A stretch of 64,000 nt of DNA from an uncultured Candidatus Saccharibacteria bacterium (GCA_964387275.1 CAYLVW010000004.1:10525-74524); one strand, 5' to 3'. Shown: positions 41,347 to 51,561, counted from the stretch's first letter. A program made the numbers and translations. The notes: a model not told the origin generated them from the letters alone.

Positions 41347-42774
41347 TTAGCCTTTTACTCTTATATTTGTACTTCGTTTTATTTTGAGTTTATGTACTGC
41401 ATTTCTTATGCCTAGGGCTGATGGAATCCCCCTTAGCAGTTTGGTGGCGTGGTTTATATCAGTAGATTCATCCAAAACAGTTTCAATTTGTTGTATTAAT
41501 TTTGGAGCCTGCATACCCTCTGGATACGCGGATGAGGGTACTACTCCGAGAAGATATACCAGATCCTCAATGTTGTTTAAACCAGAATCTTCTTCAAAAG
41601 CGTTGTACTGATCTCCCTTTTCTTTTGCCTTGTTATATTTAGAAAGCAGGCTACTTCGTGTGTTATGAAGTTTTTTTATCAGATCCCCTATTTCTGCTAA
41701 ACCCTCTTCTTGATCTTCTACACTATCTAAAATTTCTTCGATGGCAGACTTGGACTCATCTGAACCCTTAGGAGATTGTATAAATCTATCTATTGCCGAT
41801 TTTGCTTTCATAAGATCCGGATACTTTGCAGATAAAAACCCAAGTACCCCAGTATAAGATCTAGAATCAATTCCATTCCTGAGTACTACTACTGACCTAT
41901 CATCTTCGTTACCATAAATTCCTCTAATGAAACCTTCTCCTTCTGGGATTTGGGTTCTTTTTTGTTTTTTAGCTTTATATGTAGAATCTGCTTCATCCAC
42001 GATTCCCTTAGCAGCAGTTTCTGGATTTATATCTCCTAGTACGAGTTTGAGTTGTTGTGTAGGGAGGTTTGCACCGTCTGACATGACTATTATCAATTCA
42101 CCTTCTTCTAAGGGGGTAAAGGCGGCGTGTACTTGTCTTAATTTTCCAACTCCATTGTCTAATACATTTGAAAAAGCTCCGTACACTTGAAGTTCAGGTG
42201 TTTGACTTGCAAAATGATATTCAATATTGTCCAACCCGTCTTTTAGATCTGGGTTAGATCTTAATTTTCTTAACGCCGGGTTGTCTGGAATTGTTATTGT
42301 AGTTAGTTCTCCTGTTTGGGGATTGTATTTGGCAACCCTAGAGTCACCTGCGTAAACTACAACAGCTCCTCTTTTTCCTCCGACTTCGACTACATGGGCA
42401 ATACTTGCAGTGGTTCCTCCCTTTTGCTCTAGGGCTTGGATCTCAGCATTTGCTTGAAACAACATGCTTTCGAGGGGTTTTACAATTTTTTCTTCTACTT
42501 CCCTACCGTTTTCAGCTTGAGTTGGGAGATTTGGTGTCAAATCTCTTAGTTTCTGGTAGCAGATTTCTGAGGCTGTGGAAGCGCCTGTCATACTGCTTAC
42601 TCCATCGAATACCCCAATTGTACCGTTTTGTGCAAATACTCTATCTGCATTCACCTCCCTGTTCTCACCTTTAAGCGAGTAAGTGTTTGTTGTAATTTTA
42701 GATGGTTTTCGGTCTGTGAGCTGTTCTGTTTCTAAAGTATTTGATATTTGAGGAATTGAATTTGGTCCGAGCAT
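41347..42774 (-). CDS. PP2C/PPM-family phosphatase domain protein with an unknown helical C-terminal domain
   Basis: NADR, VFDG, GGTT, AGDSR, MSDG and EDDRS motifs. Start probably ATG 42774. Confidence 0.75.
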   Translation of the reverse strand: MLGPNSIPQISNTLETEQLTDRKPSKITTNTYSLKGENREVNADRVFAQNGTIGVFDGVSSMTGASTASEICYQKLRDLTPNLPTQAENGREVEEKIVKPLESMLFQANAEIQALEQKGGTTASIAHVVEVGGKRGAVVVYAGDSRVAKYNPQTGELTTITIPDNPALRKLRSNPDLKDGLDNIEYHFASQTPELQVYGAFSNVLDNGVGKLRQVHAAFTPLEEGELIIVMSDGANLPTQQLKLVLGDINPETAAKGIVDEADSTYKAKKQKRTQIPEGEGFIRGIYGNEDDRSVVVLRNGIDSRSYTGVLGFLSAKYPDLMKAKSAIDRFIQSPKGSDESKSAIEEILDSVEDQEEGLAEIGDLIKKLHNTRSSLLSKYNKAKEKGDQYNAFEEDSGLNNIEDLVYLLGVVPSSAYPEGMQAPKLIQQIETVLDESTDINHATKLLRGIPSALGIRNAVHKLKIKRSTNIRVKG

Positions 42775-42848
42775 TTGAATTAAATTATATACTAAATACA
42801 TTATTGGGTACAAAGTGGAGTGTTTTTTACTTTGTACCCAATCAAGAG

Positions 42849-43118
42849 TCATCTATCCTTACTCGTGAGATATTTACCAATCCTGTAAAAAATTGCAAGA
42901 GTATAGATAATAACCCATAGTAAAGAAGGAAAATCTCCAGAAATTGTCCACCTGGTGTACAGCTCAGCTAGCGAAAAATTTACTAGTGGCACTGTTTTTC
43001 CTACATATATATCCAGGTGAATTACAAAGACAATCCATAGAACTTGAAGTATAAGGTAGGATGTTGTTAAAAGAAGTAAATCTAGAATCATCGATTTTCT
43101 GCTTTTTCCTATTCTCAT
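42849..43118 (-). CDS. Small two-TM hypothetical protein
   Basis: SD GGAGG and TTGTAG-17-TATTCT promoter upstream of ATG 43118. Confidence 0.55.
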   Translation of the reverse strand: MRIGKSRKSMILDLLLLTTSYLILQVLWIVFVIHLDIYVGKTVPLVNFSLAELYTRWTISGDFPSLLWVIIYTLAIFYRIGKYLTSKDR

Positions 43119-43218
43119 GCTCCCTCCAGATGAGTGTGTGTAGAATAACATAAATTAATACGTTCTACAAACTATAGGTCTTAGTACTGCCACAGATTAA
43201 AATCCTGTGCTCTATAGG

Positions 43219-43650
43219 CTACTTAGTACCGGTAGAGCCTATTCCTCCGCGATTTTCATTTTTGAGTTTTTGTACTTCTGACAACGTGGTTTTTTCATAC
43301 CTCACAACCATGATCTGCGCCACTCGTGTAGCTTTCTCTATTGTAACGTCATTTTTGGATGTGTTATAGACTATTAGTTTATACTCATCCCCATCACCTG
43401 AGAAATCTAAATCTCCTACACCGATGCCATTTGCTGGTATCAGGCCCATTTTGTGGAGAGAGCTTCTGGCCGTAAGCATCACCCAATAATTTTTTGGTAC
43501 CTCAATAGCTACATTTAAAGGTATATACCCAAAAGAGTTTGCAGCCACTGTGACATTTTCCCTACTGTACATATCCATACAGACTGAGCCCGTGGTTTTA
43601 TATTCTGGAAGTGGTATTGTTTTATCAAATCTCTTAATCTTTATTTTCAT
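43219..43650 (-). CDS. dut: dUTP diphosphatase (trimeric)
   Basis: ARSS, GVGDLDFSG, RVAQ and RGGIGSTG motifs. Confidence 0.92.
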   Translation of the reverse strand: MKIKIKRFDKTIPLPEYKTTGSVCMDMYSRENVTVAANSFGYIPLNVAIEVPKNYWVMLTARSSLHKMGLIPANGIGVGDLDFSGDGDEYKLIVYNTSKNDVTIEKATRVAQIMVVRYEKTTLSEVQKLKNENRGGIGSTGTK

Positions 43651-43708
43651 TTTTCTATACTAACATGATTTTATTTGAGTATTTGTTTTTTAGATATATC
43701 ATTTATTT

Positions 43709-45499
43709 ATGTCTAAGATACTTAGAACTTTTTCAATACCAATATTTGTTTTAGGGTCAATCTTTTTATATTTTATTTATGGAAATTTTATAAAATCAAC
43801 CACTATACTGAATTTGTATCTTTGGGTAGGTATTTTTATTGGTAGTGTTTCTTTACTTAAGGAAACTTATGAGACTCTAAAAAGAGGAAGTTTTGCACTT
43901 GATTATATTGCACTTCTAGCAATTGGAACAGGCGTTGTTACTGAGAACTACTTAGTGGCTTCTGTAATTGTTCTGATGATGTCGGGAGGTAATAGCCTTG
44001 AAGTTTATGCTCAGGAGAAAGCAACAGATTCCTTAAAAGAACTTCAGAATAAAATACCTAACGAGATTTTAGTTGAGAGGACTTCTGGAACAAGAGAAAC
44101 TGTAAAAATTGATTTAGTCGAACTAGGCTCTATTGTTGTTGTAAGAAAGGGTGAGGTTGTACCTCTAGATGGTTTGGTTCAGAGTGATAAGGGGGAGTTT
44201 GATGAATCTAGTTTAACAGGAGAGGCTATACCTGTTTCAAAAAAGTTTGGGGAGTTAGTAAGGAGCGGTTCGGTTAACGTAGGAGAGTTAGTACCTATTA
44301 AAACCACTGTTGTAGAAAAGGACTCGACTTTTAAGAAGATAGTTACTTTAGTTTCTGAAGCTCAGTCTAAAAAAGCGCCATTTATCCAATTAGCAGACAA
44401 GATTAGCGGTTGGTTTACCTTGGTATCTTTAATTATTGCAATCTTTGGCTACTTTTACTTGGGTGGTATTGGTGGATTCCTTGCAGTGCTCGTAATAGCA
44501 ACACCATGTCCATTAATATTAGCAGTTCCCATAGCCCTGATTGGGGGAGTTAGTGCTTCAGCAAAGCAAAGGGTTGTTTACAGAAGGCTATCAGCCTTAG
44601 AGATATTATCAAGAGTAAAAGCGATTGTCTTTGATAAGACCGGTACCCTTACTCTTGGAGTTCCTTCAGTTAAAAAACTTAGTATCAAGTCAAAGACAAT
44701 TTCAGAGAAGAAGGCTTTAGAAATTGCGTCTTCTTTAGAAAGAAATTCTTATCATCCCTATGCAAAAGCTATAATTAAGTACTCAGAAGATAGAGGTGTT
44801 ACGCCAACTGAGATGACAAGAATTGAAGAAATTCCCGGGCAGGGTTTAACAGGTTACTTGGGCTCGACACCATTTAGGATAGATAGAGGTCACAGCTCTA
44901 AGAATTCCACAGCCGTATTAGTTACTAAGAATGAGCTACTTGCTGAATTTATATTTGATGATGAATTAAAATCTGAATCTTTAGATGTAATTAAAGAGCT
45001 ATTAAATAAAGGCATTTCTTTATCTGTTTTTACAGGAGATACCAAAGAAAGAACCCAGCAAATGTTAGCTACTTTTTCTAGTAAAGTTACTATTGTTTCA
45101 GATTGCAAACCAGAAGATAAGTTGGAAGGTGTTAAAAAACTCAAAGATTTAGGTTATACCACTGCTATGATAGGTGACGGTTTAAATGATGCTCCCGCTC
45201 TTGCATTATCTGACGTCGGCATGGTTTTTAGCCACCAAGAGCAAACTGCAGCTACTGAAGCTTCGGATGTAGTTTTATTAAACGGCAATCTTGGATCTGT
45301 TTTAAGAACAATAGAGATATCCAAACGTACTATGTTAATTGCAAAACAGAGTATGTATATTGGAGTTGGGCTTAGTATTATTGGTATGATTTTTGCAGCC
45401 CTTGGTTATATTCCACCAATTGCCGGTGCAGTTATTCAGGAGCTAATTGATGTTGCTGTCATTTTAAATGCTTTAAGAGCCTCTGTGTACAAAAGATAG
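43709..45499 (+). CDS. Heavy-metal P1B-type ATPase (P1B-5-like motifs)
   Basis: TGEA, ATPCP, DKTGT, SYHP, GDGLND and QELID. Confidence 0.88.
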   Translation: MSKILRTFSIPIFVLGSIFLYFIYGNFIKSTTILNLYLWVGIFIGSVSLLKETYETLKRGSFALDYIALLAIGTGVVTENYLVASVIVLMMSGGNSLEVYAQEKATDSLKELQNKIPNEILVERTSGTRETVKIDLVELGSIVVVRKGEVVPLDGLVQSDKGEFDESSLTGEAIPVSKKFGELVRSGSVNVGELVPIKTTVVEKDSTFKKIVTLVSEAQSKKAPFIQLADKISGWFTLVSLIIAIFGYFYLGGIGGFLAVLVIATPCPLILAVPIALIGGVSASAKQRVVYRRLSALEILSRVKAIVFDKTGTLTLGVPSVKKLSIKSKTISEKKALEIASSLERNSYHPYAKAIIKYSEDRGVTPTEMTRIEEIPGQGLTGYLGSTPFRIDRGHSSKNSTAVLVTKNELLAEFIFDDELKSESLDVIKELLNKGISLSVFTGDTKERTQQMLATFSSKVTIVSDCKPEDKLEGVKKLKDLGYTTAMIGDGLNDAPALALSDVGMVFSHQEQTAATEASDVVLLNGNLGSVLRTIEISKRTMLIAKQSMYIGVGLSIIGMIFAALGYIPPIAGAVIQELIDVAVILNALRASVYKR

Positions 45500-45541
45500 G
45501 ACCTTTGTATACTTTGTGGGTATACATTGGTCCTTAAATTG

Positions 45542-45934
45542 TTACCGTACCGGTACGTATACATATAGAGTGCCGATACTAACTGCAGGTGACCTCAACC
45601 TGTACCTTTTACCGTTTATCTTTATTTCATCTGCATCGGGTTCAAGTAATACAGCGTTATCGGGTAATTTTAGGGCATCAAAACTAGCTTCATTCATAAA
45701 CCTCAACGCAGTGGTTCTAAGATTTTTTATACCTCTAATAAGTCTATTAGGCTTGGTAGTTTTAGCTTTACTTCCCCGTCTGTAGTAGTTTTTTCCGCCT
45801 AAAGCCCAGAGAAAGTCATAAGTATAGTTGTCATAGTTGAAGGTTTTACCGAGATAATCTAGAGAGTTGACGATATCTCCCTTTTTCTCAGCTTCAAACG
45901 CATGTCCGTTAACGGTTACGTTGATTTTTTTCAT
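45542..45934 (-). CDS. Hypothetical basic protein
   Basis: AAGACA-17-TATAAT promoter and SD AGGGAG; no recognisable motif. Confidence 0.6.
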   Translation of the reverse strand: MKKINVTVNGHAFEAEKKGDIVNSLDYLGKTFNYDNYTYDFLWALGGKNYYRRGSKAKTTKPNRLIRGIKNLRTTALRFMNEASFDALKLPDNAVLLEPDADEIKINGKRYRLRSPAVSIGTLYVYVPVR

Positions 45935-46083
45935 TTTGCTCTCCCTGAATAAATGGATTATACAAAAGGCATCTGTTTTTGTCTTGTGGTAGGGTGTTGA
46001 TGGTTTTTATGATGTTATTTTGTAGAGGGGGATTTAGTTAATACTGTATCTTGTTTACTATACTAATTGTTTTGGATATGGGG

Positions 46084-46115
46084 AGGGCGGGTCTGCTGTA
46101 CAGCAGACCCGCCCT
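46084..46115. repeat. Perfect 32-bp GC-rich palindrome H4
   Basis: AGGGCGGGTCTGCTGT|ACAGCAGACCCGCCCT. Confidence 0.92.
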
Positions 46116-46130
46116 AACCTCTACCAATAA

Positions 46131-46319
46131 TTACATCTTAGTAAACTTCGTAAGCCCAACATAAACCGCAGAAACTCCTACTAAAACGTAAACAACCTTA
46201 GTAACCATACTCATACCAAAAAGCATCTCAACCAAATTAAGGTTGAGTAGCCCGACTAACCCCCAATTAACCCCTCCTACCACCAATAGCAGTAGTGTAA
46301 CTGTACCTAAGTATTTCAT
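46131..46319 (-). CDS. DUF378-family small membrane protein
   Basis: VGGVNWGLVG..NLV..LFG and VYVLVGVSA motifs; SD GGGGGTG. Confidence 0.88.
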   Translation of the reverse strand: MKYLGTVTLLLLVVGGVNWGLVGLLNLNLVEMLFGMSMVTKVVYVLVGVSAVYVGLTKFTKM

Positions 46320-46570
46320 TATCTAGTCACCCCCTATCCGGTTCTAAAAACTAAATACCATTAAACATCTATGTTTATGATTAGTTTAAGTGAATTTGTT
46401 TGGTAAATTGGGCCGAAAGAAAATTCATTGAAAAAAGGCAATAACAATATTGATAATTCACCCCAGAAATACCCTGAGAGAATGTTCATATAGATAATAA
46501 TACATACAAAGTATTGTCCTTAGCAATAGAGAAAAACACCTACACTTAAATAGTACAAACTGAACAAGTG

Positions 46571-46579
46571 TGCTATAAT
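46571..46579 (+). promoter_or_regulatory. Extended -10 promoter TGcTATAAT about 230 nt upstream of the DEAD-box gene
   Basis: Consensus match in an intergenic position. Confidence 0.55.
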
Positions 46580-46813
46580 ACTTGACGTGATTGATCGAAA
46601 TTGATCAAAGTGATTTTGTCTTGATAGCGCTTCTTTGTTTAAACAAAGATTCAGTAATTGCTTACGTTGGTATTTGTAGGTATTTACACCAAGAGCTTGT
46701 TATTGCTGGTTTGTTTTCAAACCCCTTTACACTTTATCTGTTTTGCTCATCCGCGGCCATTTTTATTTTCGGCCACCGTGTTTTGAGCAAGTTCTCTAAC
46801 ACAGAAAGTTAAT

Positions 46814-48067
46814 ATGTATACAAAAAGATTTGGTTCTAGCAACCAAGGTAGTAAAAACTACGGCTCAAATAGATCATATGGTAGTAAAAAACCCGGAAGA
46901 AGTTTCGGAGGACTAGGTAGATCCAACTACAAAAATTATAGAGTTAAAAGAAACAATCCATATAGGGATCAGGTGATAAAGCACGAGATGTATATATCAA
47001 AAGCAACAGAGTCTGTTTATGAAGCAGTACATGACAAAGAAGTAGCATTTACAGACTTTCAATTACACCCAAAAATAATGCAGAATATTTCTAGAAAAAA
47101 TTATGTTTATCCTACAAAAATACAAGCTCAGGTAATTAAGCATATTATGGAAAAAAAAGACGTGGTTGGACTTGCAAGTACCGGTTCCGGTAAGACAGCT
47201 GCCTTTTTGATTCCGGCTGTTAATGCTGTTTTAAGTGATAACAGAAAAAGATGTTTAATAATTGCACCCACAAGAGAGTTAGTAAACCAAATCCAAGTTG
47301 AGTTAAGGCAATTTGCTGCAGGTACTTTTATTACCGACGTTTTAATTGTTGGTGGTGCCAGCTACTCTACACAAATTAGAGTGCTTAGGAAAAATCCCCA
47401 GTTTGTTATAGGTACACCGGGTAGATTAATTGATTTATTTGAAAAGAAGTTTTTAGATTTATCTCAGTTTGATGTTGTAGTTCTTGATGAGGTTGATCAA
47501 ATGCTTGATATGGGTTTTATTAATGATGTTAAGCTCATTATTTCCAAACTTAAACAACCAAGGCAATCGTTGTTTTTTTCAGCAACAATGTCACCTAAAA
47601 TTAGAGAGATTTCTGCATCTTTGCTAAGTAATCCTGTAACTATTGAGGTTGCAAAACAGTCAGCCTCTAAAAACGTAGACCAAGATGTAGTAAGAACAGG
47701 TTCGAGAAAGAAAATAGATGTTTTGCATGAACTACTTATAAATGCAGAATTTTCGAGGGTTTTGATTTTTTCAAGAACTAAAAGAGGTGCTGACGAGTTA
47801 GCTTACGCACTCCAAGCAAAAGGCCATAAAGCCGACGCACTTCATGGAAATAAGTCACTAAATGCTAGAACAAGAGTCCTCGCAATGTTTAGACGAGATG
47901 AGATTGATATTTTAGTTGCAACTGATGTGGCTTCTAGAGGAATAGACATTCCTGACATTTCACACGTTATAAATTACGATGAGCCTGCTACTTATGAAGA
48001 CTACATTCATAGGATTGGTAGAACAGGTAGGATTGGTAAAAAGGGTTGTGCCTTAACTTTTATTTAA
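46814..48067 (+). CDS. DEAD-box RNA helicase
   Basis: Q motif PTKIQ, STGSGKT, PTREL, TPGR, DEVD, SAT, TDVASRGID and HRIGRTGR. Confidence 0.95.
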   Translation: MYTKRFGSSNQGSKNYGSNRSYGSKKPGRSFGGLGRSNYKNYRVKRNNPYRDQVIKHEMYISKATESVYEAVHDKEVAFTDFQLHPKIMQNISRKNYVYPTKIQAQVIKHIMEKKDVVGLASTGSGKTAAFLIPAVNAVLSDNRKRCLIIAPTRELVNQIQVELRQFAAGTFITDVLIVGGASYSTQIRVLRKNPQFVIGTPGRLIDLFEKKFLDLSQFDVVVLDEVDQMLDMGFINDVKLIISKLKQPRQSLFFSATMSPKIREISASLLSNPVTIEVAKQSASKNVDQDVVRTGSRKKIDVLHELLINAEFSRVLIFSRTKRGADELAYALQAKGHKADALHGNKSLNARTRVLAMFRRDEIDILVATDVASRGIDIPDISHVINYDEPATYEDYIHRIGRTGRIGKKGCALTFI

Positions 48068-48154
48068 CTTGTCAGATTGTAGAGTTAATGATTGAGGAAG
48101 CTTTACTATCCTAAAATAGTATTTGACTCATTTGCTTAAGGGCAATTATTTTAA

Positions 48155-49609
48155 TTAGTTGTTTTCTACCTTTTGAATATCAAGAGCCACATTAACTGTA
48201 GAATCAGCTTGATCTACTAGTTTGAATTTTTCATCTATAATTATTTTTACTGGTACTATTATAGGTTCTGTTTGGCTAGATACATCGATAACTTCAGTTG
48301 CAATTTCGCTTGGGGCTTCACTTCCCTGTGGTACGAGAACTTCAACTTTCTCTGGGGTTACAGCTACACCTTTCAACTCAACTTCTTTTGGTGTATTACC
48401 CTTTGTCTTAGCAACTACAGAGATTTCCATTTTAGTGTATTTTTCTGAAGAAACTAAGACAGTCTGTGGTTCAAAGTCTACCAAACTAAGACCTGCTGGT
48501 ATTGATATATCTTTGCTTTCTATCTGTATTTTATTTAGCCCTGATTGTAAATTTCCTGCATTAATTTGTACAACAAAATCGGTCGCATCTATATTAGCAA
48601 AGCTTCCCTCACCTCTTCCTCTTGTACTAACTTTTAAGGATTTAGGCGTGTAGCTTTGTACTATTGTATCTTTAGGAACTTTATTAAATACAAGTTCAGC
48701 TTCAAATGTTTTTTCTACAATACCTGCCTGGTATGCCATGAAAAACCAAACTAAGAAAGCAACTATCATTGCCGAAACTTTATATTTTAAATTATGTTTG
48801 ATTATTCTATGAAGCCAATTTTCTGATTTTTCTTCGAATTTTGAAGTAATGTATTTTGCTAATTCTTTTTCAAGTTCAGAGTAGTCTTTAAGTGTTTTCA
48901 TCTTCCCGTCCCTGCATAATGAGATTTGGCCTTTTTCTTCTGAAACTACAATGCTAAGAGAGTCACTTACTTCTGAAAGACCCAAGGCAGCACTGTGTCT
49001 TGTACCATGCTTTCCTATTTCTTTAAAATTTGTAGATAGCGGAAGATGTGAGCCGAATAGCGTAATTCTGTTGTTGTTTATTATTAGTGCTCCATCGTGT
49101 CCTTCAGAATGCGGGTCGAAAACACTAAGCAGTACTTCTTCCGAAATAATACCATCAAGTTTAGTTCCTCCTTCTATATGTCTATCAATATTATCTCTAC
49201 CTTGAATTACAATAAGAGCACCTGTTTTTGATTCAGCCATTTTTACACAAGCTTGAATTATTTCAATAGCTGTAGGGGTTTTTTTATCTTGTTTGATTTG
49301 TCTTGTACCAATAAGCCCAAGTAGTTCAAAATATTTTCTTATTTCTGCCTGAAAAACAATCACTATCACAAGTACTGAAATACCTGCAAAATATCTAAGC
49401 GTCATCAATGTTACATACAAATTAAAATTAGTCGCTAAAAGATATAGTAGTACTGAAAAGGAAATTCCAATAAAGACCAGGTAGTTTTTTGAGTTTTTTA
49501 AGAAGATAAAGATTGAATAAATGAAAAGACCTGTAATTAGAATGTCCAGAAAATCTGTTACATACAAGTTAGTTCTTAATTCTAATAAATTTAACAGTAT
49601 CTGACTCAT
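48155..49609 (-). CDS. Diadenylate cyclase (CdaA-like) fused to YbbR/CdaR domains
   Basis: Three TMs, FQAEIR, HDGAL, GTRHSAA and VSEE; then a TM and two YbbR-like beta domains. Start at ATG 49609. Confidence 0.85.
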   Translation of the reverse strand: MSQILLNLLELRTNLYVTDFLDILITGLFIYSIFIFLKNSKNYLVFIGISFSVLLYLLATNFNLYVTLMTLRYFAGISVLVIVIVFQAEIRKYFELLGLIGTRQIKQDKKTPTAIEIIQACVKMAESKTGALIVIQGRDNIDRHIEGGTKLDGIISEEVLLSVFDPHSEGHDGALIINNNRITLFGSHLPLSTNFKEIGKHGTRHSAALGLSEVSDSLSIVVSEEKGQISLCRDGKMKTLKDYSELEKELAKYITSKFEEKSENWLHRIIKHNLKYKVSAMIVAFLVWFFMAYQAGIVEKTFEAELVFNKVPKDTIVQSYTPKSLKVSTRGRGEGSFANIDATDFVVQINAGNLQSGLNKIQIESKDISIPAGLSLVDFEPQTVLVSSEKYTKMEISVVAKTKGNTPKEVELKGVAVTPEKVEVLVPQGSEAPSEIATEVIDVSSQTEPIIVPVKIIIDEKFKLVDQADSTVNVALDIQKVENN

Positions 49610-49735
49610 GGGTAAATTGTAACAATGATGTTTGCGTAATGGTAGTATTATGTTTTGCAAAATTTGTAATATTAAGATAATTTCTGTAAAATTCCAACGA
49701 TTCTCAATTTGGAGAAATCAAGAAGAGGGATTGAT

Positions 49736-50332
49736 GTGAAAAGCCTGAATCCAAAACAGTATTTTGTTTTTTGTGCACTTGCTATTATGTTTATTGCTGC
49801 TTGTACACCAAGGCCTACTGTTACCCCTGTAGCCCCAGATAATCCTGTTGTTGCAGGAACTCAGGTTGCTGCTGTTAGGCCAGAGTCTGATAATAATTAC
49901 CAGTGGGATTACCGTTCTGTGGTAGCAGTTGATACACAAGTTTATACCATTATGATTGAAGTATATGGAAATACTACTAATTATTCAGAAACTAATGGTT
50001 CTATTAGTGGAATTGGGTTCTCTGGGTATTCTTCTATGTCCGGGCGAATCTGGCAGGATGGTAAGGGTATTTTGCCCATTATCCTTAAGAGTGTTTCCCC
50101 TTCTATCGCAGGTCTTGAAGCTGGTAGACTTATGATTATTAAGACTACAGATTTGAAAGCAATGGCTCTTGAACCTGGGTATATTACAGAGTTTAAGTGT
50201 AATCTTGATAACGAGGTTATTAGTCCTGTTACTAATGGGCAGATTCTTACAACTGATCGCCAAACTTATGAGTTTGATGATTGTCGTATGACTGATGGTA
50301 CCTTTGTCGTTAACTCGACTCAGGTTCCCTAG
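49736..50332 (+). CDS. Lipoprotein of unknown function
   Basis: Lipobox IAAC and Pro/Thr linker; TTGTAA-17-TAAAAT promoter, purine-rich SD and terminator. Start probably GTG 49736. Confidence 0.7.
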   Translation: MKSLNPKQYFVFCALAIMFIAACTPRPTVTPVAPDNPVVAGTQVAAVRPESDNNYQWDYRSVVAVDTQVYTIMIEVYGNTTNYSETNGSISGIGFSGYSSMSGRIWQDGKGILPIILKSVSPSIAGLEAGRLMIIKTTDLKAMALEPGYITEFKCNLDNEVISPVTNGQILTTDRQTYEFDDCRMTDGTFVVNSTQVP

Positions 50333-50338
50333 TCTTTT

Positions 50339-50378
50339 GCCTTAGGTGGCTACATTAGTAGTTGCCTAAGGCTTTTTT
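50339..50378 (+). terminator. Intrinsic terminator
   Basis: 15-bp stem with G-U pairs (GCCTTAGGTGGCTAC/GTAGTTGCCTAAGGC) followed by T6. Confidence 0.85.
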
Positions 50379-50393
50379 ATTGTTCATACTAAT

Positions 50394-51179
50394 TTGATGG
50401 TGCAACTCTTTGTTATTTTTGTACTATCGATGTTTATATATTCTAGTTTGTGGTTTGTATACTCTTTGTTAGTGAGAAGAAATGATATTGCTGACACTGC
50501 ATGGGGTGTTGGGTTTGTATACTTAGTAGCTGTTACTGTTACTACCAGGCCTAGTGTTATAGAAAACGCAAGCTTTTGGATTGTTGCATTTTGTACCATC
50601 ATTTGGGCTGTCAGGTTGTCCTTACATATTCATCAGCGTAACAAAAAAAGAACCGAAGACTATAGATACAAAGAATGGCGTAATTCATGGGGAAAGTGGT
50701 TTTATATTAGAAGTTATCTTCAAGTGTTTTTACTCCAAGGCTTTCTTACTGTGATTATTTCTATAAGTTTATTGACTAGTGCGGTGACTAATAGTCAGGC
50801 TCTAAGTGTGATATCAGTATTGGGAATTATAATTTGGGTATTGGGATTTTTGATTGAAAGTATCGCAGACGCTCAATTATCGAAATTTACCTCTGAGTTA
50901 CAAAACTATGGAAAAATAATGACTAGTGGGCTTTGGTCCTACTCCAGACACCCAAATTATTTTGGAGAGGTATTACAGTGGTGGGGAATTTGGGTAATGA
51001 CAATCCCCAGTGGAATGTTTCTTCTGACCTTATTAAGTCCAGTTACTATAACTTTATTGGTTTCATACGTTTCTGGGATACCTCTTCTTGAAAATCGATA
51101 CAATGGGAACCTAGAATACGAGATTTATAAAAATAAGGTTAGCATATTTATACCTTGGTTTCCGAAAAAAACTTCTTAA
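50394..51179 (+). CDS. DUF1295 (steroid 5-alpha-reductase-like) membrane protein
   Basis: DTAWG, EDYRY, ADAQL and GLWSYSRHPNYFGE. Confidence 0.9.
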   Translation: MMVQLFVIFVLSMFIYSSLWFVYSLLVRRNDIADTAWGVGFVYLVAVTVTTRPSVIENASFWIVAFCTIIWAVRLSLHIHQRNKKRTEDYRYKEWRNSWGKWFYIRSYLQVFLLQGFLTVIISISLLTSAVTNSQALSVISVLGIIIWVLGFLIESIADAQLSKFTSELQNYGKIMTSGLWSYSRHPNYFGEVLQWWGIWVMTIPSGMFLLTLLSPVTITLLVSYVSGIPLLENRYNGNLEYEIYKNKVSIFIPWFPKKTS

Positions 51180-51561
51180 CTACTACATAGACAAGTATAG
51201 AAACAGCTAGGTTCAGAAATGTTCCCCAAATAAGGTCTACAACAGTTACAATTACTGGCCAGTTTTTAAGCGTAGCTTGGTTTGTTAAATCGTAAGTAGC
51301 GTAAGTCACCAGTCCGTATAAACCACCATAGACTAGAGCTAATTTTGCCGAATTTTTGCTTAGTGCAGGCAATATAGAAAATACCATTAATCCTGCGAGT
51401 GCAATTATATAAAACATTGCCGCCGCTACAAAATCAGGTGTATCTGTTAGTAAGTGGCCTATGTGAGTTTTATAGAATTGCGGTGCTATTTGAGTCAACC
51501 AAATACCATCTATTAATACAAAAAATAATGTTGATGTTAAGAAAATTTTTAGATATTTCAT
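51148..51561 (-). CDS. DUF2177-family membrane protein
   Basis: IDGIWL, YATYDLTNQATLKNW and DLIWG. Confidence 0.88.
   Translation of the reverse strand: MKYLKIFLTSTLFFVLIDGIWLTQIAPQFYKTHIGHLLTDTPDFVAAAMFYIIALAGLMVFSILPALSKNSAKLALVYGGLYGLVTYATYDLTNQATLKNWPVIVTVVDLIWGTFLNLAVSILVYVVVKKFFSETKV

Noticed and set aside
46591-46812. 73-aa ORF upstream of the DEAD-box gene
   Set aside because: TTG start and no recognisable motif; more likely a 5' UTR.
51148-51179. Convergent 3' overlaps (also 14592-14595 and 36602-36614)
   Set aside because: Short tail-to-tail overlaps are common in compact genomes.
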